Source: Mobula hypostoma (lineage: Eukaryota). From it: DNA of 64,000 bases. The notes under the pieces were generated by a model. The model was not told where the DNA came from. It worked only from the letters and a program-made list of their open reading frames with translations, and made no database searches. A program made the translations under genes and the position numbers. The stretch covers positions 118,050,001-118,114,000 of the forward strand of contig NC_086100.1 in the NCBI RefSeq assembly GCF_963921235.1. The letters are read 5' to 3'. Below are positions 12,458-24,490 of this stretch, piece after piece (the first letter of the stretch is position 1; each line of letters starts with the position of its first letter).

Positions 12458-15380
12458 TTGCAGGGGGATGGGAACCAGGGTGCAAGAGCTGACAGTGTGG
12501 CTGGGGTGAAAATAAATGATGTTAAAAGTTCAAGCAAATCCGCTGATAGAAAGGTTGTGAGTGGTGGTAAAAATCTTCTGAGGTGTATATATTTCAATGC
12601 TAGGAGTATTGCGGGGAAGGCGGATGAGTTGAGGGCGTGGATTAACACGTGGAATTATGACATTATAGCAATTAGTGAAACTTGGCTACAGGAGGGGCAA
12701 GACTGGCAGCTTAATATTCCAGGGTTCCAATGTTTCAGATGTGATCGAGGCAGAGGAACGAAAGGTGGGGGAGTAGCATTGCTTGTTAGGGAAAATATTA
12801 CAGCAGTGCTCAGGCAGGACAGATTAGAGGGCTTGTCTACTGAGTCCTTATGGGTGGAGCTGAGAAACAGGAAAGGTATGGTCACATTAGTGAGATTGTA
12901 TTACAGACCACCCAATAGTCAACGAGAATTGGAAGAGCAAATCTGCAGAGAGATAGCAGGCAACTACAGGAAACATAAAGTTGTGGTGGTAGGGGATTTT
13001 AATTTTCCATATATTGATTGGGACTCCCATACTGTTAGGGGTCTAGATGGTTTAGAGTTTGTAAAATGTGTTCAGGAAAGTTTTCTAAATCAATATATAG
13101 AGGTACCAACTAGAGGGGATGCAATATTGGATCTCCTGTTAGGAAACGAGTTAGGACAAGTGACGGAAGTTTGTGTAGGGAAGCACTTTGGTTCCAGTGA
13201 TCATAACACCATTAGTTTCAACTTGATCATGGACGAGGATAGATCTGGTCCTAGGGTTGAGGTTCTGAACTAGAAGAAGGCCAAATTTGAAGAAATAAGA
13301 AGGGATCTAAAAAACGTGGATTGGGATAGGTTGTTCTCTGGCAAAGATGTGATCGGTAGGTGGGAAGCCTTCAAAGGAGAAATTTTGAGAGTGCGGAGTT
13401 TGTATGTTCCTGTCAGGATTAAAGGCAAAGTGAATAGGAATAAGGAACCTTGGTTCTCAAGGGATATTGCACCTATTTTCTATGTTTCTATGTTTCTATG
13501 TATAGGAAGCAGGGAGTAAATAAGGTGCTTGAGGAGTATAAGAAGTGCAAGAAAATACTTAAGAAAGAAATCAGGAGGGCTAAAAGAAGACATGAGGTTG
13601 CCTTGGCAGTCAAAGTGAAGGATAATCCAAAGAGCTTTTACAGGTATATTAAGAGCAAAAGGATTGTAAGGGATAAAATTGGTCCTCTTGAAGATCAGAG
13701 TGGTCGGCTATGTGCGGAACCAAAGGAAATGGGGGAGATCTTAAATAGGATTTTTGCATCTGTATTTACTAAGGAAACTGGCATGAAGTCTATGGAATTA
13801 AGGGAAACTAGTAATGAGATCATGGAAACTGTACAGATCAAAAAGGAGGAGGTCTTTGCTGTCTTAAGGAAAATTAAATTGGATAAATCCCCGCAACTTG
13901 ACAGGGTGTTCCCTCGGACCATGAAGGAGACTAGTGTTGAAATTGCAGGGGCCCTGGCAGAAATATTTAAAATGTCGCTGTCTACAGCTGAGGTGCCGGA
14001 GGATTGGAGAGTGGCTCATGTTTTTCCATTTTTAAAAAAGGATCGAAAAGTAATCCGGGAAATTATAGGCCAATAAATTTAACGTCAGTAGTAGGTAAGT
14101 TATGGGAGGGAGTATTAAGAGACAGAATCTACAAGCATTTGGATAGACAGAGACTTATTAGAGAGAGTCAACATGGCTTTGTGCGTGGTGGGTCATGTTT
14201 GACCAATCTGTTGGAGTTTTTCGAGGAGGTTACCGGGAAAGTGGATGAAGGGAAGGCAGTGGATATTGTCTACATGGACTTCAGTAAAGCCTTTGACAAG
14301 GTCCCGCATGGGAGGTTAGTTAGGAAAATTCAGTCGCTAGGTATACATGGAGAGGTGGTAAATTGGATTAGATATTGGCTCAATGGAAGAAGCCAAAGAG
14401 TGGTAGTAGAGAATTGCTTCTCTGAGTGGAGGCCTGTGACTAGTGGTGTGCCACAGGGATCAGTGTTGGGTCCATCGTTATTTGTCATCTATATCAATGA
14501 TCTGGATGATAATGTGGTAAATTGGATCAGCAAATTTGCTGATGATACAAAGATTGGAGGTGTAGTAGATAGTAAGGAAGGTTTTCAGAGCCTGCAGAGG
14601 GACTTGGACCAGCTGGAAAAATGGGCTGAAGAAAAATGGCAGATGGAGTTTAATACTGACAAGTGTGAGGTATTGCACGTTGGAAGGACAAACCAAGGTA
14701 GAACATACAGGGTTAATGGTAAGGCACTGAGGAGTGCAGTGGAACAGAGGGATCTGGGAATACAGATACAAAATTCCCTAAAAGTGGCGTCACATGTAGA
14801 TAGGGTCGTAAAGAGAGCTTTTGGTACATTGGCCTTTAGTAATCAAAGTATTGAGTATAAGAGCTGGAATGTTATGATGAGGTTGTATAAGGCATTGGGG
14901 AGGCCGAATCTGGAGTATTGTGTTCAGTTTTGGTCAGCAAATTACAGGAAGGATATAAATAAGGTTGAAAGAGTGCAGAGAAGGTTTACAAGGATGTTGC
15001 CGGGACCTGAGAAACTCAGTTACAGAGAAAGGTTGAATAGGTTAGGACTTTATTCCCTGGAGCGTAGAAGAATGAGGAGAGATTTGATAGAGGTATATAA
15101 AATTATGATGGGTATAGATAGAGTGAATGCAAGCAGGCTTTTTCCACTGAGGCAAAGGGAGAAAAAAAACAGAGGACATGGGTTAAGGGTGAGGGGGGAA
15201 AAGTTTAAAGGGAACATTAGTGGGGGCTTCTTCACACAGAGAGTGGTGGGAGTATGGAATGAGCTGCCAGACGAGGTGGTAAATGCGGGTTCTTTTTTAA
15301 CATTTAAGAATAAATTGGACAGACACATGGATGGGAGGTGTATGGAGGGATATGCTCCGTGTGCAGGTCAGTTGGACTAG
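12458..15380 (+). pseudogene. CR1 ORF2 (APE endonuclease plus reverse transcriptase), disrupted
   Basis: YFNARS, SETW, GDFN and SDH (APE); [23 protein letters not shown] and FADD (RT). Stop at 13271-13273, foreign tail insert at ~13469-13500 and a frameshift at ~14030. Confidence 0.92.
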
Positions 15381-15796
15381 GCAGAAAATGGTTTGGCACA
15401 GCCAAGAAGGGCCAAAAGGCCTGTTTCTGTGCTGTAGTTTCTATGGTTTCTATGGTTTCTATGATTGGTGTGTGTTCCTTTATCTTACCCTTCCTGAAGT
15501 CATAAGCATGAGAGAGATACATTTTTTTTTCCTTTCAAAAATTTCATTGAAACTAATGGGACCTTCTTCATCTTGGATCAATTCAGAGAAGGTAGTATCA
15601 GCACTTATATCATTAAGATATAAAAAGCGATGATTATATTAATAAGGGCAATAGTCATGGGGGATTTCAATATGTAGGTAGATTGGGAAAATCAGTTAGT
15701 GCTGGATCCCAACAGAGATAATTTGTAGAATGTCTACAAGATTACTTTCTTCCAAGCAGCTTGTGGTTGAGGCCATTAGGGGAAAGACAATTCTGG

Positions 15797-15914
15797 TCCC
15801 GGCCTGAAACGTCGACTGCACCTCTTCCTACAGATGCTGCCTGGCCTGCTGCGTTCACCAGCAACTTTGATGTGTGTTGCTTGAATTTCCAGCATCTGCA
15901 GAATTCCTGTTGTT
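15797..15914 (+). mobile_element. PLE pseudo-LTR fragment inside CR1
   Basis: Matches 5135-5250. TTCTGG flanks both sides (15791-15796 and 15915-15920), a possible TSD. Confidence 0.8.
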
Positions 15915-17436
15915 TTCTGGATTTGGTGTTGTGTAGTGAAACAGAATTGATTAGGGAACTTAAGGTAAAGGAACCCTTGAGAAGCAGTGATCATAATATG
16001 ATAGGATTCAACCTGCATTTTGAGAGGGAGAAGATAAAGTCAGAGGTATCAGTATTTAAGTGAGTAAAAGGAATTACAGAGGCATGAGAAAGGGACTGGC
16101 CAAAGTTAAATGGAAGAGGACACTAGCAAAAATGACAGCAGAACAGCAAAGAGGAAAATTCAGAATGCACAGGATTGATACTGTATATCTCAAAGATGAA
16201 AAAAGTATTCTAAAGGGAGAATGAAGCAACTGTGGATGACAAAGAAAGTCAAAGACTGCAAAAAAGCTAAAGAGAGGGCATATAATGTAGCATACATTAT
16301 TAGGAAATTAGAGAAGTAGGAAGCTTTTAAAAACCAATGGAAAGCAGCTAAAAAACATAAGGAGAGAATAGATGATAGATCAAGGTAAGCTAGCCAAAAA
16401 TATCAAAGAGGATACCAAATGTTTTTTCAGATGTATAGAGAGTAAAAGAGAGGTAAGAGTGGATGTTGGACTAATGGAAAATGAAACTATAGTAACTATA
16501 CTAAGACATGGCAGATGAACTAAATAAGTATTTTGCATCAGCCATGACTTCAGAACACAGCAATGGTATGCCAGAAACTCAAGAGCGTCAGGAGGTAGAA
16601 GGGAGTGTAGTTGCTATTACCAAGAAGAAGGAAAGTTGAAAGATCTGAAGGTAAATAAGTCATCTGGACCAGATTTGCCTACACCTCAGTGTTCTGAAAG
16701 ATGCAGTCAAAGTAATTAAGAGACATTAGTAATGATCTTTCAAGAATCACAAGATTCTGGAATAGTTCCAGAGCAATGGAAAATTGCAAGTGTCACTCCA
16801 CTATTTAAGAAGGAAGGGAGGCAGAAGAAAGGAAATTATAAGCTAGTTATCCCGACTTCAGTGGTTGAGAAGACAGAATGCATTATTAAGGATGAGGTTT
16901 TGAGGTACTTGGAGGCATACGATAAAATAGACCAAATTCAGCATGGTTTCCTGAAGGGGAAAACTTGCCTGACAAATTAGTTGGAATTCTTTGAGGAAAT
17001 AATGGGCAGGATGGACAAAGGAGAGTCAGTGGATGTTGTGTACTTCGAATTTCAGAAAGCTTTTGACAAGGTGGTGCACAGGAGGCTGCTTAACAAGATA
17101 AGTGCCCATGGTATTAAGGGAAGATACTGTGGATTGAATGGATAGAAGATTGGGTGATTGGCAGGAGGCAAACAATCAGGATACAGGCAGCCTATTCTGG
17201 TTGGCGGCCAGTGACAAGTGGTGTTCTGCTGGGGACGGTATTGGGATGGCTTCATTTCATTTCATACATCAACAATTTGGATGACAGAATCGATTGTTTT
17301 GTGGCCAAATGTGTACACAATATAAAGATAAGTGGAATGGCAGGTAGTGTTGAGCAAACAGGGGGACTGCAGAAGGGCTTGGACATAATGGGAGAATGGG
17401 AAGGAAGTGGAAGATGGAATATAGTGTAAAGAAGTA

Positions 17437-17724
17437 CAATACCGTGCAAAAGGGAGGGAGTGTGAAACACCAGAGAGACGTTCTGCTATTGATCAATAAA
17501 CCAATCATTTGGAATCAAGTGACCTTGCCTGGTTTCTGCTGCTGGGTGTGTCTGCACCCATCCCATCCCCCACCCGCCCATGGCACTGCTCCTCTGCCAC
17601 CTGTCCCATACCCCTCTCACAGTGCTCCACCCTCGCCATTCCCCACATCCTTTGTTCTCGCCAGATTTACAAACTCGCTCTCCATTCCATGTTGACAAAT
17701 ACAATACAATGCATAAGTCTTAGG

Positions 17725-17762
<38 letters not shown>

Positions 17763-17793
17763 TATATACACCAAAGACTTTTGCATAGTACTG
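17437..17793. mobile_element. Tc1/mariner-type MITE with a (TA)n core and an extra ~245-bp segment
   Basis: TA-flanked. Left TIR CAATACAATGCATAAGTCTTAGGCAC (17702-17727), right TIR CCAAAGACTTTTGCATAGTACTG (17771-17793), and a partial left-TIR copy at 17437-17452. The TIR matches the Tc1 end at 63100-63117. Confidence 0.7.
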
Positions 17794-20009
17794 TACAATG
17801 TCGTGCACTTTGATAGAAGGAATAAAGGCATAGGCTATTATCTAAATGAGGAGGAAATTGAAAACTCAGCAGAGCAAATGACTTGGGAGTCCTTGTAGAG
17901 GATTTTCTAAAGGTTAACTTGTAGGTTGAGTCAGTGGTAAGGAAGACAAATGCAGGACTAGAATGTAAGTACAAGGATGTGATGCTGAGGCTTTAAAAGA
18001 CATTGATCAGAGAAGACAGGGTATTACGAGCAGCTTTAGCCCCCTTATTTAAGAAAATATGTGCTGCCATTGGAGAGGAACAAGAGGTGGTTCACAAGAA
18101 TGATTCCGGGAATGAAAGGGTTAAAGCATGGGGAGTGTTTGATGGCTCTGGGCCTGTACTGCTGCTGCTTAGAAGAATGAGGGGGGGATCTCGTTGAAAG
18201 CTATCAAATACTGAAAGGCCAAGACAAAGTGGATGTGGAAAGGATGTTTCCTATTGTGTGTGAGTCTAGGACCAGAGGGCACAGCCTCAGAATAGAGAGA
18301 CATCTATTTCAAACAGAGATGAGAAGGAATTTCTTTAACCACAGTGTGGTGAATCTGTGGAATTCATTGCCAAGGACGGTTATGGAGGCATGTTATTGAG
18401 TATATTTAAAGCAGAAGTTGTTAGTTTCTTGACTAGTCAGGGCATCAAAGAGAAGGCAGGAGAATGAGGTTGACAGGAATAATAAATCATCCATGGTGGA
18501 ATGGCGGAGCAGACTAGATGAGCCCAATGGCTTAATTCTGCTCCTATGTCTTATGATCTTATTGTATAAGGAATATCTTTCTAATAAAGCAGTGACTATT
18601 AGGTTAAATTACTTTGCATTACCCATAAAAGTACAACGAATTAATAACATTCATTCTCTATTCTGAATATAAGACAGGTGCATTGGTAAGTGCTGGTGGA
18701 ATAACTGAGGTTGCAGCATTTATGGCCTGACCTCAGGTCCATGTTCTGTGAGCACAATTCCCTACAGGGAGCTTGGAACCACTTATTATTGTAACGTAAA
18801 TGCAGGTACTGATTACAAATAAGCATATTAATCACTTATTTGCCAACAGTAAAAGATCTGACCAAATATCTAAATCCTCAAGTTACAGAGACTACATAAC
18901 TAAATACTGAACAGACAATACTCAGCTAAGAGTGCACATGGAGTCCCCCAAGACTGGAGCATACTTTCCCAATGGTTCTTCAGCACTGGTCATGACCTCA
19001 GTGTGAAGCACACCCTGGGAACAAAAAAAGAGAGGACAAGCCTTCTGCATGTGCTATTATAATACCCCTGAGATATCTGAAGCTGGACACTGGTGCTATG
19101 GCACACAAGGCAACCACTGGAAAGAGCTGCTGCATACTTCAACGAGGCCAATCGATCAACCGATTACCCAATCGATGATGGAAGTGCTTTCAACCGACAA
19201 GTAACCCCCACGTAACAATTATGCTGCAGCACATTTTGCTATCTGAAGCATAGCGTCGATCACTTTGCCCTCATGCCTCCATAGGGCACCCCCTGACAGT
19301 CACAACTTCTCACATAAAACTCTTCCACAGTACTGCAGCTGGACGTGAAGGACATACAGCTGTGCTACAGAGCACATCACACTCTCTCAGCATAATAATG
19401 CAGAAACTTCTACATGCTGTAAATCACCCTGTCAACTGCATAAATTGTCTTTATGTCTGCTATAATATATTGTACAAAGGTAATGACTCCCAAAGTCTGC
19501 AGTTTAACAAGTAATGTAATGTAATGTAATCACTCATCTTGCCTCAATTATGCATTTGCCTTACATTAATGCATTTTTGCTAAGCACTTAATTTCCCTAC
19601 ATTCAAGAATAAAACTGTGTGCCACATGTGTTTTACAGTTGAAAGGAAGAGAGAAGCATTTGAATAATGAAGGGACAAATCGGTGAATAAAGAGCCAAAG
19701 CAATTAAATGCAGTTTCTGTGCTTTTATATGTGTTTCCTAGAATAGTTCTTCTTGGTAATTGCTTTTAATCTTAGCACTGACAGTCATTGCCCAATTGAT
19801 CACATGTTCACCTCTGACTCAGAAGATGGGTCTTTACTTCCCACCCCAGCAACTTTTCAAAACTCTTGTCGGAATATCCAGTGCAATGTTGAGGGAGTAT
19901 TACACTGCCTCAGATGACAGAACCATGTTTTCTCATTCAGATGGGAGTAAAATACCGCATGAGATTATTTTGAAGAAGAGTACAGATGTTATTTATCTTT
20001 GATGGGGAC

Positions 20010-20220
20010 ATAAGAAACTGCAGATGCTGGAATGTGGAGCAAAGGACAAGCTAGTAGATGTGTAGGTGTACTCAGTAGGGTGAGACAGTATCTCTGGAGG
20101 AATTGACAGTTAACGATTCAGCTCAAGATCCTACCTCCATTGTTCAGCTCCCGAGTTCCCTCCACAGATGCTGTCTGACCCACTGAGTTTGTCCTGTAAC
20201 TTCTATTTCTGCTCCTGTTT
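20010..20220. mobile_element. Old PLE pseudo-LTR fragments in inverted arrangement
   Basis: CTGCAGATGCTGGA… segment (minus) followed by CCACAGATGCTGTCTGACC…GAGTT (plus), both diverged versions of the PLE terminal sequence. Confidence 0.45.
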
Positions 20221-20479
20221 TCCTTGTTGTCCTGGCCAATTCTTCTTCTCTTAAGCAACATCACCGAAAGAGCTTATCCAGTTATTATTAATTTTCCATT
20301 TGTGAAAGCTTGTTATGCGCAGAATTTTCTGGTGTATTCCCAATATGACAACCATGAATATATTCCAAATATACTTCACGGAGTGGGACACAACCCTTCC
20401 TCCTTCCATTCTCCATCACCAGCACAAGTGACTGCAAGGTAAATTTAAGTCTATCTTTCCTGAAGAGGCAAGATCGGCC

Positions 20480-23400
20480 AAGATTTTAAGGTTTTTGAAT
20501 TAAAGGCTTTATTAAAGGCTGGATCTGGCAAGCCCCCGCACTGGCTCTTGTTCCAGCCCCATAGCCATACTCACTCTCTGTGTTCCTCCACAAGCCAAAG
20601 GGTCTACACACACAGAAGGGTCAGGTGGATTTCCAGACCAGATTGTGTGTGCACAGCTTAATCTCCTGACCAAGTTGAACTCTCACCACTTCTACATCAA
20701 GGCCATTGATGGACATCCCTTAGTGTCTCGGATGGTCAGAGTGTGCACACAGCCTGTGCACAGGAGCATCAGGAAGCACTCCAGGTCCATCCAATTTCTC
20801 CCAGTTGACTCACCCAACACTTCCCTCATCGTGAGTTACCCCTGGCTCCTCACTCATGACCCACACTGCCTGGTCATCCGGTTCATTGCTGGATTGGGGA
20901 CTCATTGGCTTTCAACCACAGTTGACTTCACCCTGTAAACCCGTGGAGTTGGAAGAAACTCTTGACCTCACCAAACACTCACAGGAATATCATGACTTAG
21001 CCATTGGCTTCAGTAAAAGGGAAGCTAGCACCCTGTTCCACAATTGATCTCATATTGACCCTCCTCAAGGTCATTAGTTTGCCTCTCCCCTTCTGAGACC
21101 CAAGTCATGAATGACTACATCACAGCTTCATTCTACCGTCCCAGTCCCCAGCTGGTACAAAATTCTTTCTCGTCATCACATAAGATGAGGTTCTTTGTCC
21201 TTGCATTGACAACCATGGACTCAACAAAATCACCATCAAGAACCGCTGCCCTCTCCTCCTTGATGGACAATGCATTCGAGACACTCAATGAGGCCCAGAT
21301 CCTCACCAAACTGTATCTACGGAATACATACAGCCTGATTTGCATCTGCCAGGTGAATGAGTCAAAGATGGCATTCATAATACCCACTGGCCACTAAAGA
21401 ATACTTGGTGACGTCTTTTTGACTTTCCAACAATCTCACCGTTTTGTAAATCTATCATGAGATCCATTGAGATGTGCTACGCCGGTATGCTCGTTTACCT
21501 CGACAACATCCTCATCTTCTCCAAGGACCCCCAATACTAACCCTATTACATCCGTACAGTCCTTCAGTGTCTCCCCAAGAACAAGCTGTACTGCAAATTA
21601 GAGAAATGCCAGTTTCACACCCCAGTTATTTCCTTCCTGGGTTATGTCCTTTTACCCCAAGGCTTAACTATGGACCCAGAGAAAGTGTACATTATTGATG
21701 AATGGCCCTGACTACACTCTCTCAAACAGCTACAGCGCTTCTTGGGCTTTTCCAACTTCTAACATTGTTCCATCAGGAACTACAGCCAATTTGCCATTCC
21801 TCTCACCTCCCTCACCAAAACTCTTACCTCATAAATAACCCAGTTTTGCCACAGATCATGCTTTCAAGGAGCTCAATGCTCTCATCCTCTGCCATCCGAA
21901 CCCTCTGGACCTTTTGTGCTCGAGGTAGACACATCTGAAGTCGGTGCTGGAGCTATTCTTTTCCAATGTGTGCCAGATAGGATGGCACACCCTTGTGACT
22001 TCTTCTTGAGCGAGTTCAACTCTACATATCACCGTTATGGAGTAGGAGACAGGGAGCTGTTAAATAGGCCTTGGAGACATTGGATGATGGGAAACCCCAA
22101 GCCCTTCCTGATCCGCACTGACCATCAGAACCTCATCTTCATTCAGCATACCTACCAACTCAATCTATATCTCCTCGCTGGGCCTACAACTTCAAACAAT
22201 TCAGCTGCACCATCTCCTAACAACCTAGCTCCAAGAACGCAAAGGCAGACATCCTGTCTCTATAGTTCGAACCAGCTGAAAAGGAGATTGACCCTCAGCC
22301 CATCATTCTATCTGCTCAGATCCTTGTCCTGATCATCTGGGATCTTGAGAATACAGTCTGCATGAGCCTACTCTGGCCAACACTCCTGACAACTGTATGT
22401 ACCTGCCGGCAGCCATGCCTTCTCAGGCATTCCAGTGAGCTCAACCTTCACCACTCTCTAGTTATCCAGGCACACAATGGATTCTGCATTTTCTCTGGTG
22501 TCTGTTCTGGTGGCCTGCCATGATTGCTGATGTATGCCAGTTCGACGCTGCCCACCCTCAATGTGCCCGGTCTGATTCTTCCAATCAGTGGCCTTCTGGG
22601 CTCCTGCGGCCCCTACCGGTCTTTCGACACCTGTGGTCTCACATCACAAAGGATTTCATCACAGGTTTACAGCCTTCCAATGGGGCCACTGTGATTATGT
22701 CAGTGGTGGACCAGTTCTTCAAGGTGGTCCCCTTCATTGCCCTCCCCAGACTTCTGTCAGCCGCTGAGACAATGGAACTGGTTTTCTAGCAATGTAGTTT
22801 GTCTCCACAGTTTCCCTGATGGCATGGGGTCAGACCAGGGCCCACCATTTATCTCCCGCTTCTGGCTGGCCTTCTGCTTTCTCCTCCATACCTCAGTGAG
22901 TCTGTCCTTTGGCTAACGTCTGCAGACCATTTGTCAAACAGAAAGAGCCAGTCAGAAAGTGGAGAAGTTCTGCCATGCACACAGAAGAAGTCTTTGCTCT
23001 GGGAAAAGCTGTCCTACAATCTACATACCTCCTTTGTCACAGGTCTATCACCCTTTGAAATACTTCATGGCAACCAATCCCTGTAGTTTCCCATGGAGGA
23101 GCCAATGGTGAAGGTCCTGTCTGCCAGGGTCCTGGTTCACTGAAGTATGAAAGCTTGGAAGAGAGCACGGAGGGTGATCCCAGCTGTTAACCACATCTAC
23201 TGCCATCAGGGCTAACCACCGGCAGCGCCCAGCCGGATTATTCTGGCCTGGGGACCATGACTGACTGTCCACCCACGACCTGCCCCTGCACACCAACCCT
23301 CACAATCTTTTGCCCCAGTTCGCTGTTCCCTTTAAGAATACTCATTGTATCAATCCGGTCACTTAACATCTCCAGCTGTCACCATCCCCCTGGATCACAC

Positions 23401-23900
23401 AAGCTTCCACATGTCCTGCCTCAAGCCCATTATCCATGGACCACTCAACCCACCTGGGCCTGCAGCTCCAGAACCAGGGCTGCTGGGCACTGTCCAGTTT
23501 CATCTTGGATCCATAGCTCAATGAAGGGTTCCACTGGATCCACCTGGATCATCCTGGACCATCGGATGCTGGTCCTAGCTGAGGTGGGGGGAATATAACC
23601 AGGCCTGCACAGGCTGGCACCTCCCAGCCTCTACCCAGCTAGCAGGAGTCACCTGCCACTCATTTCTAACTCATCACCTGCAGCCTATTTGAACCCAGCT
23701 GTCATCCACAGTCCTTGCCCATCCATCAAACCAACCAGCTGCTGCTAGTCTTCAGTTGCCTTAATGCTTGTTGTGTTTAGTATCTGCCCTCTCTTGTTTT
23801 GTGGCCCCTCATGGCTTAATATTTTGCAGTTTATTAGTAAGATATCATTTATTGCTAAATCATGTCCGCTGTTCTGCTCTTGCGGTAAGCCTTCTCTACA
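20480..23900 (+). mobile_element. Degenerate Ty3/Gypsy (sushi/Tf2-like) pol with 3' LTR
   Basis: RT remnant (LTKLYLRNTYSLI…ESKMAFIIPTGH), RNase H (LEVDTSEVGAGAIL…WRHWMMG…TDHQNL) and integrase (WSHITKDFITGL…VVDQFFK). PPT GAGGTGGGGGGAA at 23581-23593, then an LTR-like segment 23594-23900 ending TACA. Confidence 0.85.
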
Positions 23901-24356
23901 ATTCCTGACCGAAAGAAAGCACCTGTTGTCAGGCTCAGCACTTCATAAGCAATCACATCGGAAATATGAAGGTAGTCATTTCAGCAAAAGTCAGGATGTT
24001 CATTAAAGAGGCCCCCAGGTGGTCCATTGATGCCCGGGCCATTTGAAGTGATCTATTTTATATTATCTGATACAAGATAGAAATGTAACATCATGCTGAT
24101 CAGCGCTGGTCACTGACAGATATCCGATGTAGAAAGAGTTCAGCAAAAAGAGAGAGGTAAGAAACCAATGAAATAATTGTGTGGTACTGTGGCCAGGGGC
24201 ATAGTTGACAACTCATCCCAGTATTCCCGATGGTCTGCGCTACCTATTGTTCTTGTGTTAAAATATGTTCGTGGGATTATAGTGGGATGTTCCAGTTCAT
24301 TAATCGTTACATTTTAGCTTGGGTTATACAGTTACGTGCATGTGTGCTTGTGGGAG

Positions 24357-24490
24357 GCCCACTTTCAAATCTCTTACTGGCTCTTCTTCCAGTTAGTCCT
24401 GACGAAGGGTCTCTGCCCAACACGTCGACTGTACCTCTACCTAGAGATGCTGCCTGGCCTGCTGCATTCACCAGCAACTTTTATGTGTCC
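24357..24490 (+). mobile_element. PLE pseudo-LTR fragment with a mutated hammerhead
   Basis: Matches 5082-5212. The GAAA box is altered. Confidence 0.75.

Larger units (their letters stand above)
11469..15462 (+). mobile_element. Near full-length CR1 LINE
   Basis: ORF1, ORF2 and a 3' UTR ending in (TTTCTATGG)n at ~15437-15462. Confidence 0.95.
15640..18565 (+). mobile_element. Older, heavily decayed CR1 LINE (endonuclease to 3' end)
   Basis: MGDFN, SSDHNMI, WKIASVTPLFKK, QHGFLKGKTCLTN and WRPVTSGV remnants. CR1 3' UTR with an (CTTATG) tail. Contains PLE and Tc1-MITE insertions. Confidence 0.85.

Noticed and set aside
24120..24156. Short exon before a strong donor (GAG|GTAAGA)
   Set aside because: Poor polypyrimidine tract and no recognisable peptide.
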